A model generated the notes under the pieces. It was not told where the DNA came from. It worked only from the letters and a program-made list of their open reading frames with translations, and ran no database searches. Positions 1 to 14,239 of a DNA stretch of 64,000 bases are shown here, one piece after another. Origin of the DNA: the human T2T-CHM13v2.0 reference genome, Homo sapiens; the NCBI RefSeq assembly GCF_009914755.1, contig NC_060942.1. One strand, given 5' to 3'. The position numbers were made by a program, and so were the translations under genes. The stretch's first letter is position 1; every line of letters begins with the position of its first letter.

Positions 1-997
1 TGAATTCACTAATTGTTCTTCCCTGCTGTGGACATAGCTCAAAGTTGAATTTTAAGCTCTTGCATAAATATAAACTACTGTACAAGCCACAAAACGGGAT
101 GACTCACCATCAGTCATTAATGTTGCCTTAAAGACAAACTCGAGCTCTCGGAGAAAATGCATTCACCTAGGCAGACATAATTTTGAAAATAAAGCAAGTT
201 TTAGATGATAAACTGGTCTTTGAGTCTTTGGGAAAAAAACACACACACGAGAGATTTGCAAGTTTTAATGCCCTATGTAAATATCAGACAGGCAACATTT
301 ACCTTACTCAAAATTCCCCATTAGCTGAATAGGAATGAATTTGGTCTGTCCTGACCATGTAGTCAAATGTGTCTACCCTTCCTCTCTATCCCACCCTTTG
401 CTGAAATGGAAGTAAAATGTGAATTGCAGTGCCTTTTGTCTGTGATATTCTCTATATGTGATGAAGGCAGCTTCTTCCTTTTCCTCCCTGTCCTCCTTTT
501 CTTCATCTTCATCTTTTCTTCCTGCTTTAATTCCCACATAAGTAGTGTTTTGTGGATTTGCCTAGAAGGCTACAATGTATGGATTGTAAAATAGAAATGG
601 TTCTCATTTTCCCAGCCTGGGAACAAAAGTAGGAGAAGGCAATAGAGAGATATTCCAGTTAAATTCCTAGCAGAACTGTTGTATATTTTCTTAGAACAAC
701 AGCAAAAACTTGTATGATGGTTATTTTTTAAATATGGCTCCGAAAGATTCTTATTTCTAATTGTTATATTTTATGTTAAGAAACACCGGAGCAATCATCT
801 ATAAGCAATGCACTTCAAGGCAAACCTACTTATATATAGAATTGCTCACTTATATCTATGACTTTGACATCTTAAAGGACTCCATGTTGACATCAACCCA
901 TAAAATGGAACATCCAGACACCCATCACATTGTAGATTTTTCTTTCCTCTCATCTAAACTTTATAATGTAATGAACTGATCTATAATTATAGTCTGA

Positions 998-1417
<420 letters not shown>

Positions 1418-1909
1418 TGAATGGTCTAAAAAGGAGTTCAACTACTAAATATTATTTGAAAACACTGCTTTGTGAGATTTCGTGGGGTGGGAGGGTGAAG
1501 GCTGTAGAGTAGCAGGGAATGAGAGGAGGGCACAGGGTGGTGGGCAGGAAGTGCCTCTTCTCTCTCCAGCCAGAGCAAATCTCCATGTTGTCTTAGACTA
1601 CCGTGGTCTGGTTCCATGAGGCTGGGGCAGGGAAGTACAATGTAGTAATGCAATTTGCGGGGCTTCATGAAGGGCCCTCTCTCCCCACCAGCATGAGGTT
1701 TAGATTAAAAAGTTTGTTCACCTCTCCCGCTTCTCCCATTGGCTCAGAGCAGAGAAGGGAGGCAGGGAGGGAAAGGGGAGGGAACCGAGGAGAAGGAGGT
1801 GCTCTTGCCTAGGTCTTTACCAGTGACAATGTCAATGAGGTCAGGATCTCTTCAATTTTGTTTGTCCAGACAGTACAGTTCTGGTGATTTTGGTAATTTC
1901 AGCAGAAAA

Positions 1910-2007
1910 GAGGGCCTGCATGATGTGCACGGGAGGAGGCAGGGCAGGGGAGGAAGAGGAGGGCCTGCATGATGTGCATGGGAGGAGGCAGGGCAGGGGA
2001 GGAAGAG
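1910..2007. repeat. 49-bp tandem duplication (2 copies)
   Basis: gagggcctgcatgatgtgca(c/t)gggaggaggcagggcaggggaggaagag at 1910-1958 and 1959-2007, with one C/T difference at a CpG. Confidence 0.95.
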
Positions 2008-2394
2008 GGCAGGGGGGATGGGATCTGGCTTTGAGTGGACAAAGGACACAGAAAGACGGGAGAGACAGGGAAGCCAGGGTATTTTTCAATCTTTACATTT
2101 TGCTCAGGGCCATCCAAGTCCACCAGTGCAAGTCCCGGTTCCCCTGAGATCTGCTGGAGAGCAAATTTCTACAGGCAGAAAATCTAAGCAGAGAGGGCTC
2201 CTCTCAGCTGCGCGCAGCTGGGAGCGCTCCTGCCGCAGAGGTGCCCTGTGGGAGGAAGATGTCCTGGGGGCTCTGACCATTCTGCCTCAAAGCCGGTGTG
2301 GGGGCTGCGTTTGCTGCTCTCTGATGGTTCCCATACTCAGGATCCCAGAGCAATGGCTGGGTGCCCAGGCTTCCTGCCTCTTGCCTCCCTTCGG

Positions 2395-2592
2395 ATCCTG
2401 GCTCCGGTCATCTTTCACCTGTGTGACCTTGGAACACAGTTATTTGACCTCTCTGCATCTCAATTTCCTTCTCTGTAAAGTGGGGGTAACCATAGGACCT
2501 GCCCTATAGACCTGCTATGAAGATTAAATGAAGTAATCCATAGAAAGCTCTAGTAGAGTGTCAGGTACCACGTAACTATCATAAATGTTAGC
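2395..2592 (+). mobile_element. MIR SINE
   Basis: MIR core ctgtgtgaccttgg...acctctctgcatctcaatttccttctctgtaaagtggg...agattaaatga...ataaatgttagct. Confidence 0.85.
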
Positions 2593-2805
2593 TAAAATCC
2601 CAATTGCTTTCTCCTCCAAAGAGCACAAAATTCGCCCTTGTATCCAAGTGAAGAACGAATCAGAACTGCTTTGATTTTTTTTGTTTCCTGGAATGGTTTC
2701 CAGAATGATTTGGCTTCTGGAGAGGGAATTACAAGGCAGCTGAACTTCTCTGGTTCTGTCTTCGACTCATTATCGTGCAGGAGTAACACAGGTTAATCGC
2801 ATAGC

Positions 2806-2965
2806 TAATTAAGAGATAACATTAATGGAATCTGAGTTGGTGCCCTGATAAAGCCGAGCCCTGGCAGATAAATGCTGAGGTGGAGCCAAGCCATTTATTT
2901 GAGGAGCAGCAGGGCTCCTATCAGGGCACCAACTCTGCTTCCATTAAAGTTATTGATATTACACC
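2806..2965. mobile_element. Long imperfect hairpin, Eulor6-like ancient (Crypton-related) conserved repeat
   Basis: Arms 2816-2850 and 2919-2953 pair at 32/35, with inner stems gagccctg/cagggctc and ataaatg/catttat. The start taattaagagataa, the loop agataaatgctgaggtggagccaag and the end attacacc resemble the Eulor6 consensus as I remember it. Confidence 0.7.
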
Positions 2966-4258
2966 CCAATCTACAACTGTAAGAAAATTCAATGTGTCTT
3001 TTTTTCTGTTTCTGTTTTCAGAGGCAGCTCAGCATTTGCCATGCTGGCTGAACAAATGCAGCAGAAGCTAGGTGATATAGCCTCTTTTATTGAACAACAC
3101 ACTTAATAATGAATTAACAAATGAATGAATGAACATTAAAGAACTTCATTCACAGCAAACACCACTGCAATTAATATGCTGCCATTCGCAGGGGGCTGTT
3201 GACAGGGCATCTAGCAGAGCACAGTCCTCTCTGGATTGATCAGCTATTTTTTTTTTTCAGGGCTCTGCCTTAGAGCAAATCAATGAAGAACCTAAAGTAC
3301 CACTTCTATATTTCTCTCTGTCTCCTTCCAGTTAACTTGATGAAAGGGTTTTGGAGATTTCCTCCCCTCCTTGCTTTAATAAATTCTCTCATGGCTTTTT
3401 TAATTGTTGCTTTTTTTACCTTTCTGGGGGAATAATGATCAATTATTGCATTCAGCTAGCTGATGGCTGACAAATTCTATTTGACATAATGCAGCCATGA
3501 TTTAAAGGAAGAGTCATGGTGCTAACTACGCGGCTGCTTCCTGAGGAACAATGGGGATTGGACTGTACCCTCTGTGATGGTGGGGGCTTTAGTATCCTGC
3601 AATTAGGCAAGTGCATTTCACCGAAAGCCAAAGATAGTCTCAAAGAGAACTGGACTCTATCATCTCTGGCCATGGATCTGGGGACATCTTCACCGTCTAC
3701 ATCCTCACAGAGTCCTGCACACAAGCTGCTGGTGCCCCTTGTCTCTACTCCCTGAAAGCCCCCACACAGGCAAATTCCCTTCAGAGTCAATAAGCTTCAA
3801 CAAAGGCCTTCACCAGGCTGAGGGGCGTCAGCCACTGAAGAAATGAGACTTCACTTGGCATTCCTGTGCTAAGAATGTTAAATACCAATTCCATAATGAG
3901 AAGTAAACACTGGGGCTGTCTGAGAATCACAAATCAGTACCACACAGGCTCATCCACGGTACAGGCATAACTGTGAGTTGGTCAGAACTGCGTCCGGAGA
4001 GCCACTCTGCCACTTTTATAAACCTTGAACTCTCAGAGGCTTGGGAGAATGTGTGCCTAAAACACGGTGCCTGGAATGGGTAAATGCTGAACACAGTGTA
4101 GCTCCTGTTATTATTGCCGTGGTTGTTGTGATGGTCATATGCACTTGTTTTATAGCCCAGGCTTCAGTGAAAGCAAAGCCGAATTCCCAAAGAGTGTCAA
4201 TTAGGAGGAGAGAAGGAGCTATCCCGTCCCAACTATTAACTCAGATAACAAAAATTCA

Positions 4259-4660
<402 letters not shown>

Positions 4661-5283
4661 TCAATTTAAAGAAAGTTCTGTCATATTTTTAGCTATATAA
4701 ATTAAAAATAAGTTGAAAATCGAACATTCACACACTGTGTTCTTCAAAATTCTCATTTGCTGAGCCTCAAAAGCAGATATACTCATTTTAGCAATTTGCC
4801 AAGTAAATCTGAAAACACCTGAGACATTGAAACTCAAGGGGAAAATTCTTTTTCTCTTGAAATTTTAAGCAGCAATTTTATAATAAGGTTATATGTCATA
4901 ATTGTGTCTGTATATATGAAGGTCTGTCATTAAGCCTTATAAACACATGATTACATGATTTATTTTCATTGCCTCATTAAACTAGTAAATCCTAAGTACA
5001 TAAATATGTGATAAAATAGTCTATGAAAACTACATGCAAAAGGCCCTCACGTTAGGAAAAGGAACTTGCAAAATAAAGAAACTCACAATTAAGAATTAAA
5101 TCTCTAAAGTCTACACACAAAGCAAACCAGAGTTTTATGGAGATGATGACCTACCGTGCCTATGTACTAAAAAGTAAATTCTATTCTGTTCAGCCCTTGA
5201 TAAATACACACAATTTCCATGTCAAGCTAACTCTAATTACGGACAAAGTCAATATGAGGTGCGTGCCCAAGAGCACAGAATAG

Positions 5284-5709
<426 letters not shown>

Positions 5710-6009
5710 TAAAGTTATAGCAAGATGCTCTAAAAGAGTGGCTACATTGGCAAAAAGAAGCATCTGACTTCCTAAAAATGTGCAAAACATGTCAAAGTTA
5801 GAAACTTGCTACCTGACCTAGTCCGTCTCGCTGCGAGGAATCAAAGCTTCTATTTTCTGTGGTTCTCAAAAGCCTTTATCATATCCATATTTGCCTTAGT
5901 TTTCTGCCTTAGTTCATCTCTCTTTTTCACACCTTGACTTCTACAATATGTTATGCACCATCTGTATTCTTTCACCTAATTCTTTGTGATTCCTTTCAAC
6001 TCAGTTTTT

Positions 6010-6125
6010 ATTTACTTCGTGAGGGCAGAAACAGTTACATTTATTTCTCCCTATTCCCTGAACCAGATGCACAGTCTCTAGCATAGGGAAGGTGTTTCTG
6101 AAAGTGTTTATTGAATTGAATTGCT
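6010..6125 (+). mobile_element. L2 LINE 3' end fragment
   Basis: gtgagggcagaaac...gcacagtctctagcataggga...gtttattgaattgaa, typical of an L2 terminus. Confidence 0.65.
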
Positions 6126-6158
6126 GAATGTGGCCCTCTAATCATCACTTCTCATTTC

Positions 6159-6178
6159 GTGTGTGTGTGTGTGTGTGT
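6159..6178. repeat. (GT)10 microsatellite
   Basis: Directly visible. Confidence 0.9.
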
Positions 6179-9100
6179 CCTCTGGGATTCCTTAATAAAA
6201 TGGGTCTTAAAAATTACCCTTTCCTAACTCACTGCGAACTCCGACATGCCTTTCTTGCAAGTGGTCAACTTCTTCAGCTCTGCTGGGGCCTCAAAATGTC
6301 CTCAGTTCCTGTGTGTGGGTCTCTTGTACTTTTCTTTCCGCCATAATTTTTCACTGAGAAATTGCCTCTTGTCTTTGCTCACAAGTGACCTGAGTGGCTT
6401 CTGGGCCAACCTTGTTTTCTCCTGTGCCTACCATGAGTATGAACTGTTGAGAGACTAAAATCCCAATCTGCTATGGCCACGGAGGGTTTTAACAGTGATT
6501 CACAGGAAATGCCATGGACTCTAAGCTTCTGCTCAATGAGGGATGCATCTTGAGCCTTGGTCCTTGCTAGAAGTTATTCTTCCCACAGAAGGAGCAATGG
6601 AGACCCATCTTCTCTACAGCATAGGCGGGCTACCAGACCATCCACAAAGTAGAGGGAAACGACTCTTTACTAATAATTAACTGGCTGCAGATATTTTAAA
6701 GTGAGAAGGACAAATGCTCTTTAGCAATAAATTAGCATAGTCCCTGTTCTTTTTTTAAATAAAAAAATCACATATACTCTCTAATTATTTTCTCCAAATA
6801 ATAAGTGCCTTAATCAGCTGGAATCCAGCCAGAGAAACAGAGCTCATATCAGCTCGATGGGGGGAATTTTATATGGGGTACTGGTTATAAAGGTGTTGGA
6901 ACAGTTAACAAAAACAAAAACAAACAAACACATAAAAAATGGCAGGAAGGCAAATCAGAGATTTACAACAACAGGAAACCTCTAGGACTCGAAGGTCTGA
7001 GTTGAGGCCGTGGTGTTTTCAGAACCCAGATGCTGTCTGATGGCAAGTGAGGTCACAGAGGGCAGGCCTGCACCAAGGATCTGGGACTGCAAGGGAGATA
7101 GAAATGCCACCTGAAGCAGAAAGAGAGGGAAGAAATACCTTGGATTTTCTTCCTCCCTCTCTAAATTACCAGGCTCAGAACCCAGAGCTTTGCAATGATT
7201 GCAATACAAACTTCCGTGGGCTAAAAACCACATGAAATGCATTTCAAGATGCTTAGAAGCACCTGGACAATTTGAGAAGAAAATAAATCCCAACCAAATC
7301 AGAACAAACCCTCTAGTATTATCCACAACCATCCATGAGGGTTTTTTTGTTTTGTTTCAATTTGTTTTTAACCACTCTTTTAATGAGGAATAAATAGAAC
7401 TTGATAACAGAACCCCAGTATAGATTCATGTATGATTTCTTGCAATAATTCTATTTCATGATTTGCCCCATATAGTTCTCATTTCATAAGCACAGTCATT
7501 TCAGTTAATTTTTTTATTGTCTTCATAAAGTCCAACATCCACAGATTCTTCCAGGTATTGTCACAGATAGATATTTGAGTACAAGGTTGTTCCTTGTTGA
7601 CCAGTACAGAAATAATATTGGTGCCCAACTTAGGCAAATAGGTTGTGACCTTTCTGGCATTTATTTTTGACTAGAAAAGCCACATGTTACACAGCCATGA
7701 ACACATTTCTCAGTTCCTCTTATCTTTTAGTGCAGGTCACCTGTCTGACATTTCATTCCATTAAACAAAACAAATGGAGATTTTTTTTTAATCTCTTGAA
7801 AAATCTTATCCAAACCTTCATCAAACTATGAGACATTAGAAAGTTCTTATTCTCCTAGAGAGTACCTTAGGTCTTCCTCCAGTTCCCCTTTCCTTCTCTT
7901 ACTCTTTTCTCCTTTTCCTTGAACATACTTCTCTCTTCATAACCAAGTTCCTATCTCGGGCTCCAATTATCTTCTATATCTTGACTCTTACTGTTTTCCC
8001 TCCAGAAACTTCCTTTTCTTTTCACTAATTAATTAGAAGGGAGTGTCCCCCCTTATCACCCATACCAATCCTACTGATCAGGAATCCTCCCTCTTCCCAT
8101 CCCTGGGATCTCTACCCTACAAAGTTCTTGAAACTTACTCTTTTTACAGCACAGAGGGAAAAATATCTTGTCATTTGCACTGTCAGAGAAAAAGCTCTTT
8201 TTAAGTTTTTTGAGAAATATTGACAAATCAACTTGTTCATCATGTTCAATATTTGGAATAAGCAACCTCCATGGCTTTGTTTCAATCCTCATTTCATTTC
8301 ATGAAATGGAACCTGTTCTCTTTGCAGACTCCCATAGTAAGTATCTTCCCCAAAGTACAAATCACAACAGCAAATCCAGGTTAAAGCAAGCTCTGTGGCA
8401 ATGTGGAGCCTCAGACCAGACCCCAGACTCCTCCAAACCCCAAAACTGGTAGCCAAGGAAGAGGAATGCCCATGATTTCAGGGGCAGGGACCCTCTGCGG
8501 AGATTTCTCAGTCTCCTGTCTTAATGAGTTTAACTCCAGAGATGGGCAGCTCCAGGCTCCCCGCTGAGCGTAATTACCGTGATGGGGCACCTGGGGAGAG
8601 ATTGTCACAAAGATAACTGGGTCTCAGGCTATTTAGCGCTTTACAGATGAGAGTAAGGTGGTGACTTGGAAAAATGGGGTCTGGTTCGGATAGGAAGACT
8701 GCTATGGTTCATTTTCCTCCCTCCTGTGGAAGCATACACTGTTGTGTTTTTAATTGATGTACGTGAGCCCAGGGCACAAAATGGACTCACGTGAGAAATC
8801 ACAGGATACCAAGACTGGATGGGACTGGAGGGGTCATCTCGTCTACCCTCAGCCTCAAGGCAGGACTGCTTACAAGCTATCTTGGAAGGAGGGCCGACTG
8901 CCCTTTTCATCACTACCTCCGGAGGACTGAACACAGCAGATAACCAAGGGCTACCTGGGCACCAGTGCACACTGCAAAGGACTATTTGTCTGTGTTTATT
9001 CTGGCTCTCCTTGCTTAAAAGCCATAGTCAGGGTCAGGATCAGGTCCCCAACACGGGCAGCTTAGAGCAGCACACCGAAATGTCAAAAATTCACCGGACA

Positions 9101-9752
9101 GCATGAATATACTGAAGAATACACAAAGAAAATATATTGAATCATCTTGTGCAAATTCACACCTCACCGAGGTGCTGAATGAGGAGAATGATCTCTTAAC
9201 CACTGTCAAACTCTTCCTGTGAGTGCAGCAGGATGGGATAGGATTTCTGCTTTCCCCTAAGAAAAAGTTCATGGAGGACCTAAAACAGGGATTGGTGGAA
9301 GGGGGATTGGACAGCTGGTCCTGAGGCATCTAGATGCTGACATCCAGGCTCCTGCAGAAAGGCAGCACCTAACCATGCAGGTCAGGAGGAGGTAGGGGGT
9401 TTGGGAACTGCAGTCCCATTCTGGTTTTAGGAACTCCCTTGCCTGTATTAATGTAATAACATGGAGAGAGGTTGTGTTTAGGGCCCGATGTAGGCGAGCC
9501 ACAGGGTGCGGGCTCCAGGAACTGGCAGAGAGAACTGTCCTATGGTGCTGGCCAGACTAGAGGACATCCGCCAAGAAGCCTGGGCACATTCCTATAATGC
9601 CAGGGCACAAGGGAAAGTTGTAGGGCAAATGGGCCCTGCTCCCTGCAAAGAACCGAAGTGGAGATTTCTCTCTAGACTGTCCACACCTGAAGCCACTGGA
9701 TTTCACATGTCTCTGAAGCCTCTAGAGGAGATGAGGAACCCCTCCTCTTGGC

Positions 9753-9946
9753 CAGAGGTTCACAAACTATGGCTCATGGGCCAAATCTAGCCTGTGGCCT
9801 GCTTTTGTACAGCCCAAAACGAAGAATGCTTTTATATTTTTAAAGAATTGAAAAGAAGAAGGATATGCACTACAGACCATATCTGGCCCACAAAGCCTAC
9901 GTTATTTACTCTCTGGCCCTTTACAGAAAGAGTTTACCAACCCCCG
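9753..9946. mobile_element. MER58-family hAT-Charlie MITE
   Basis: cagaggttcacaaactatggctcatgggccaaatc...tatttactctctggccctttacagaaagagtttaccaaccccc. Confidence 0.85.
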
Positions 9947-9953
9947 TCTAGGT

Positions 9954-10130
9954 CACTGATTCTCAAATTTCCATGTTCATAAAAACCACTTAGGGCACTT
10001 ATTAAATCTGCAGATCACCCCGCCCGATATCTGAGTTAGTAGATCTTGGACTGGGCCTCCCATATCTGCATTCTAAGAACTACAGAAGCTAATTCTAATG
10101 TAGGTGAGCCTAAGATAACCTTAGCAACAT
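9954..10130. mobile_element. MER5-family hAT-Charlie MITE
   Basis: cactgattctcaaa...attaaatctgcagat...ctgagttagtagatcttgg...atctgcattctaag...aattctaatg. Confidence 0.7.
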
Positions 10131-11034
10131 TCCCTTTCGACTAATCACTAAGTCTGTATTTTATAATTTCTATGTGGCCTGCACTCTACTGAGTGTGGTG
10201 GGAGACACAATTTGTGGATGATAACTCCACTCCACTCCATCACACAATGCACGATCTTAGGTGGGGAGAGGAAAGTCCTTATATGAGTGATTACTCAGGG
10301 CCAAATGGCTTGGGGCCAATTCCACATCAACTGAGAGTTTGGGTGCAGGGCCACTGAAGCTGCCCTGAAGGCAACTGGTGCAGAACGGGGTGTTTGAGAA
10401 AGAGTAGGCAAGTTTGGGATATGCAGAAGGTTTCACAGACGTTTGCAAAGGCACAGAGCAGGAAGGGGCTTTGGGGACGATAGCTATGGAGGTACAGCCA
10501 GAGAGCAGAATGGCCTGACTGTGGAGCACTGTCTGGAGGGCAGCACTGCTGGGCTTCCTCTTCACAGCAAGAAATACTCAGAAAAGCAGCTTTTCTTCCT
10601 TATCTCCTGCTGAAGCCTCGTTAGATCCTAAGCCATGGCAATCATGATTCTGTATCTATCTTTCTACCTAAACTGCTTTTGCCACTTTTCACTCTTCCCC
10701 TCCTTGCATCCACATATCCTCTCTAAATTCTTAACCTCATTGAGAATTTTTTCATCACGCACTACGAAGTTATGCCTTTATTTCTTTGCAAATGTTATTC
10801 TTGTAGACTAGATTGTTCTTTCTATATCGCCTTCTTATTTATAGAGAAGATTCTGTCTCATATCACAATACTCAATTTAAGCATCATATTCTCCACGAAG
10901 CAAAATTTTTCCTAACCTTATTCCTTCTACACAGAGTTCAGTTATTTTTTATTTTGCACCACCCTGGTATCTTGAGCAAGGCAAAAGATAGGGCTTATAT
11001 GTATTAGAGCTGTTTGTCTCCATTTCTATCTTCT

Positions 11035-11157
11035 GAATGAGACTATGACCTCTTTGATATCAAAGACCATGTTTATCTGCCTTCATTTCCTTGGTGCCTA
11101 CAACAGTGCACACAGCAGTGATCAGTAAACATTTCCTCAGTGAATGATTGAATGATT
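11035..11157 (+). mobile_element. L2 3' end fragment
   Basis: gactatgacctctttga...ggtgcctacaacagtg...cagtaaacattt...gaatgattgaatga. Confidence 0.65.
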
Positions 11158-12029
11158 TATGAGCAGGGCATTTTCAGCTTGGGAAAGCCCCTAAACATCA
11201 AAGGAGTGTGGCCTTGCTGATGCTATCAGTTCTTAAATAGGGGATGATTCTGTTTTAGGTTACTTATAAAGAAAATAATATGCATGGGAAGTGGGAGTCT
11301 AAAGATGATTCGTTGAATAGGTAAGAAGGCTGGAGCTTCTCCCTAGAGGAATACAACCTCATACTTCTATAATAACCCCTTGGCATCCCAGCATCTTTAA
11401 ATTCAATAAATATATCTGTAGAGGAAGGTCACAGGTGAGATCTGAGCTAGACACTGTCCCATGTATATTGTGCCTTGGCTGGGCCGTGTGCTATTTGATA
11501 ACCTGAGATTTCAGATGGAATAATATGGGAAGAGCTGCTGGTGCCCTGGAAGTTCTAGAAGACCAGAATAAATTTAAAAATAATAATCATTTTAATATCA
11601 CCTACACCTCTAATCTCCCAAGTCTATTTAAATTAGACCTTAAATCTGCCCACAATAGGATGTGGTCCAGTAACAACTTATTTACCTTAAGGACAAGAAC
11701 CAACACTACATGCAGAGAAACTGGAGAAGTTCTAGAAAACAACCAGAAAGTACAAAGACAAAGGAAAACAGGTCTATGGAAGTTCTGTAGAAGATGCTAA
11801 GAGGGAAGAAATGGTCTAACAGGCTACATGGAAAATGTCAATGGGCAAATGTCAGTGACGGTTGGGTTTCTAAGCCGTAAAGAGGAGATTCAAAGTAGGT
11901 GGGAATGTAGCAATTTTTTTCCACTTGGTGGTTTTAGGATTCTGAGTGTTGTTTGTCAGGGGATGTGAGTATTATTTAGGGGAATATGGTAGAGCCAACT
12001 ATGTGGAGTCCAAGGATATCCAGCCAGGG

Positions 12030-12366
12030 TTTTTATTTTCCTGACTCCTCACATCTTCGTGGGACCAACTGGCGAATGCAGGCCAATGGAATGTGAACAG
12101 AAGTGGCAGGTGTCACTTTCAGGCAAGATGGTTAACTACCTAATGTGCCTTCCCCATACTCTCTTCTGCTTCTACAGCCACCGGAGAGGCCCTCGATTAA
12201 AGTTGGAGACATCTCAAGATGGGAGAAGCCTAGATCCCCATGTCACGGCTTGAAGGAGAGCCACCAGGAAAGCTGCCAGAAGAGAAATATCTTTATTGGT
12301 CTCAGCATGCAGGAGAAATTAACTTTTATTGGATTAATCCTTCGAGATTTGAGGTTGTTCCTTACA
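12030..12366 (+). mobile_element. MLT1 (MaLR, MLT1J-like) solo LTR
   Basis: ggccaatggaatgtgaacagaagtg...gtcactttcagg...agcctagatcccc...gagaaattaacttttattg...gagatttgaggttg. Confidence 0.75.
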
Positions 12367-13168
12367 ACTTATTAATTCAGGGTAGGAGGCTAGATTTCCA
12401 GGAAATTTTCAAGGGCCTATCAAGTCACAGCCTAAATTAGCATTTTAGGCAGGGCACGAGCAGGATAGGAAAGTCTTGGGTGGTCTTGGGGCAAATAAAA
12501 ATGTAGGAGAGATCTTGGCCAGCAGTCCTTTTCCCCCATTGATTTTTGCTGGGGGCAGCAGCCTTCGACTCATTGATTTTAGCTGCTGATTAAGTCATGC
12601 TCTCCAGCCTGTCAGCAGTCACTTCATTTCCTTTCATCTTATGTTTTCACCTGCTTGAAGCTCCACAACAATCAGGATGTTGATTTCACAACTGAACATT
12701 CAGGAGGGCTTTAAAAATGGCTCCCATCCCTGCATGGCAGTTTTCAGCCCAGACTCTCCCTCTCTCCTCCAAGACAATTGTTCTCCGGGCTGATGCCTGT
12801 TAGCTGCAGGAAAATGCTAAAGCCAGAGGCAGCTGGTCTTCACAGAGGCTACAGCAGGGCAGAGTTCCATCTGGAGGAAGCTGGAGACCGACTGGGAGTT
12901 ACCTCAAGACCAAAATGCTCCTTTCTCTTCTGCAGAACTAGCTGTGAAGATACCCAAGACCCAAAGCGAGATTTACAGCAAACAGGAACTAAAGAGCAGA
13001 CGGCAGGTGGTAGCTCAGATGCCAAAGCAAGCCTCATTGCAGTTGAAGAGGGGCACAAAAATAGAATCGAATGTGGCCCAGAGTGCTTAGAGTGGGAAAG
13101 AAGATTCGAAGCCTCGGGACAGATCTGTAGGGGAGAGGGGGGGTGGAAATATTCTCCTCACTCACTTG

Positions 13169-13199
13169 CTCTCTCTCTCTCTCTGTCTCTTTCTCTCTC
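13169..13199. repeat. (CT)n microsatellite
   Basis: Directly visible. Confidence 0.85.
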
Positions 13200-13721
13200 G
13201 CATCTGTGGTTGCTTAAACAAATAAACAAAACAAGATGGCTGTTGATGGACGGCTGTCCCCTGCACACCGACAGAAACATCTTCGTGCTAGGTTTGCCCA
13301 GCTGAACACATGCCACAGCTGATCCGTCTGTTGAGCAGGCCGCACACCACTGCTGATCAATCTTCACATGCCAATTATGTGATGTGGAGTGGGCTGGGAG
13401 GAGCATGCACAGGTGAGGGGGGCTTGGTGGAGGGAGAAAATCACTCTTGGGATTCTGCTCTGTGCCCCTGCTCTCGCCTTTGTCCCTGCTAGGAGACAGT
13501 GAGGGGACAGTGAGGGGTCCTCTCCTCCCAGCACCACACCATCTTATACGTAGTGCCCCACTAGACGATGTTTGGTGCCGCCTCCATCCACCTCTGAGGA
13601 GGGCCAATAGAATCCAAACATGAGAGCTTAGGATAGACAGGAGATTGGTTCCTGTTTGTGGCAGATGCAAATTCTGTCACCAGGCTGGAGAAAAGCCAGC
13701 CACTGTGCAGTCTTGTTGGGA

Positions 13722-14040
13722 TTTGTTTGTTTGTTTGTTTGTTTTTTGCTCTTTTTTTTTAGATGGAGTTTTGCTCTTGTCGCCCAGGCTGAAGTGCAAT
13801 GGCGTGGTCTTGGCTACTGCAACCTCCACCTCCCAGATTCAAGTGATTCTCCTGCCTCAGCCTCCCAAGTAGCTGGTATTACAGGCTCCCACCACCACCC
13901 CCGGCTAATTTTCTATTTTTAGTAGAGACGGGGTTTCACCATGTTGGCCAGGCTGGTCTTTAACTCCTGACCTCAGGTGATCTGCCTGCCTCAGCTTCCC
14001 AAAGTGCTGGGATTACAGGCACAAGCCACCGTGCCCGGCC
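13722..14040 (-). mobile_element. Full-length AluSq/Sp-like
   Basis: (TTTG)n tail, then ttttgctcttgtcgcccagg...accgtgcccggcc. TSD ttgttgggattt / ttgttaggattt. Confidence 0.96.
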
Positions 14041-14239
14041 TTTGTTAGGATTTCGACAGGGATAGAGATTCGTTTTGTGCCCTCTCTTTTCTTCTTCCCT
14101 ACGAAAATAGGCACACCAGAAGCTTAACTCCCTGCACAGAGGGCTGGACTCTGCTGTCCTCAAGGAGGTCAACTCCCTTGGCAGCCGAGCCCCAGACATA
14201 CTGATGGTGGTGTCAGTAGGGGAGTGGCCAGTTTAGCAC

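Noticed and set aside
6825-7110. Possible old ERVL-type LTR fragment
   Set aside because: Too diverged for me to assign a family or boundaries from memory.
12778-13670. Longest ORFs (175 aa and 170 aa)
   Set aside because: Non-ATG starts, run through a (CT)n microsatellite, no recognisable domain or exon structure.
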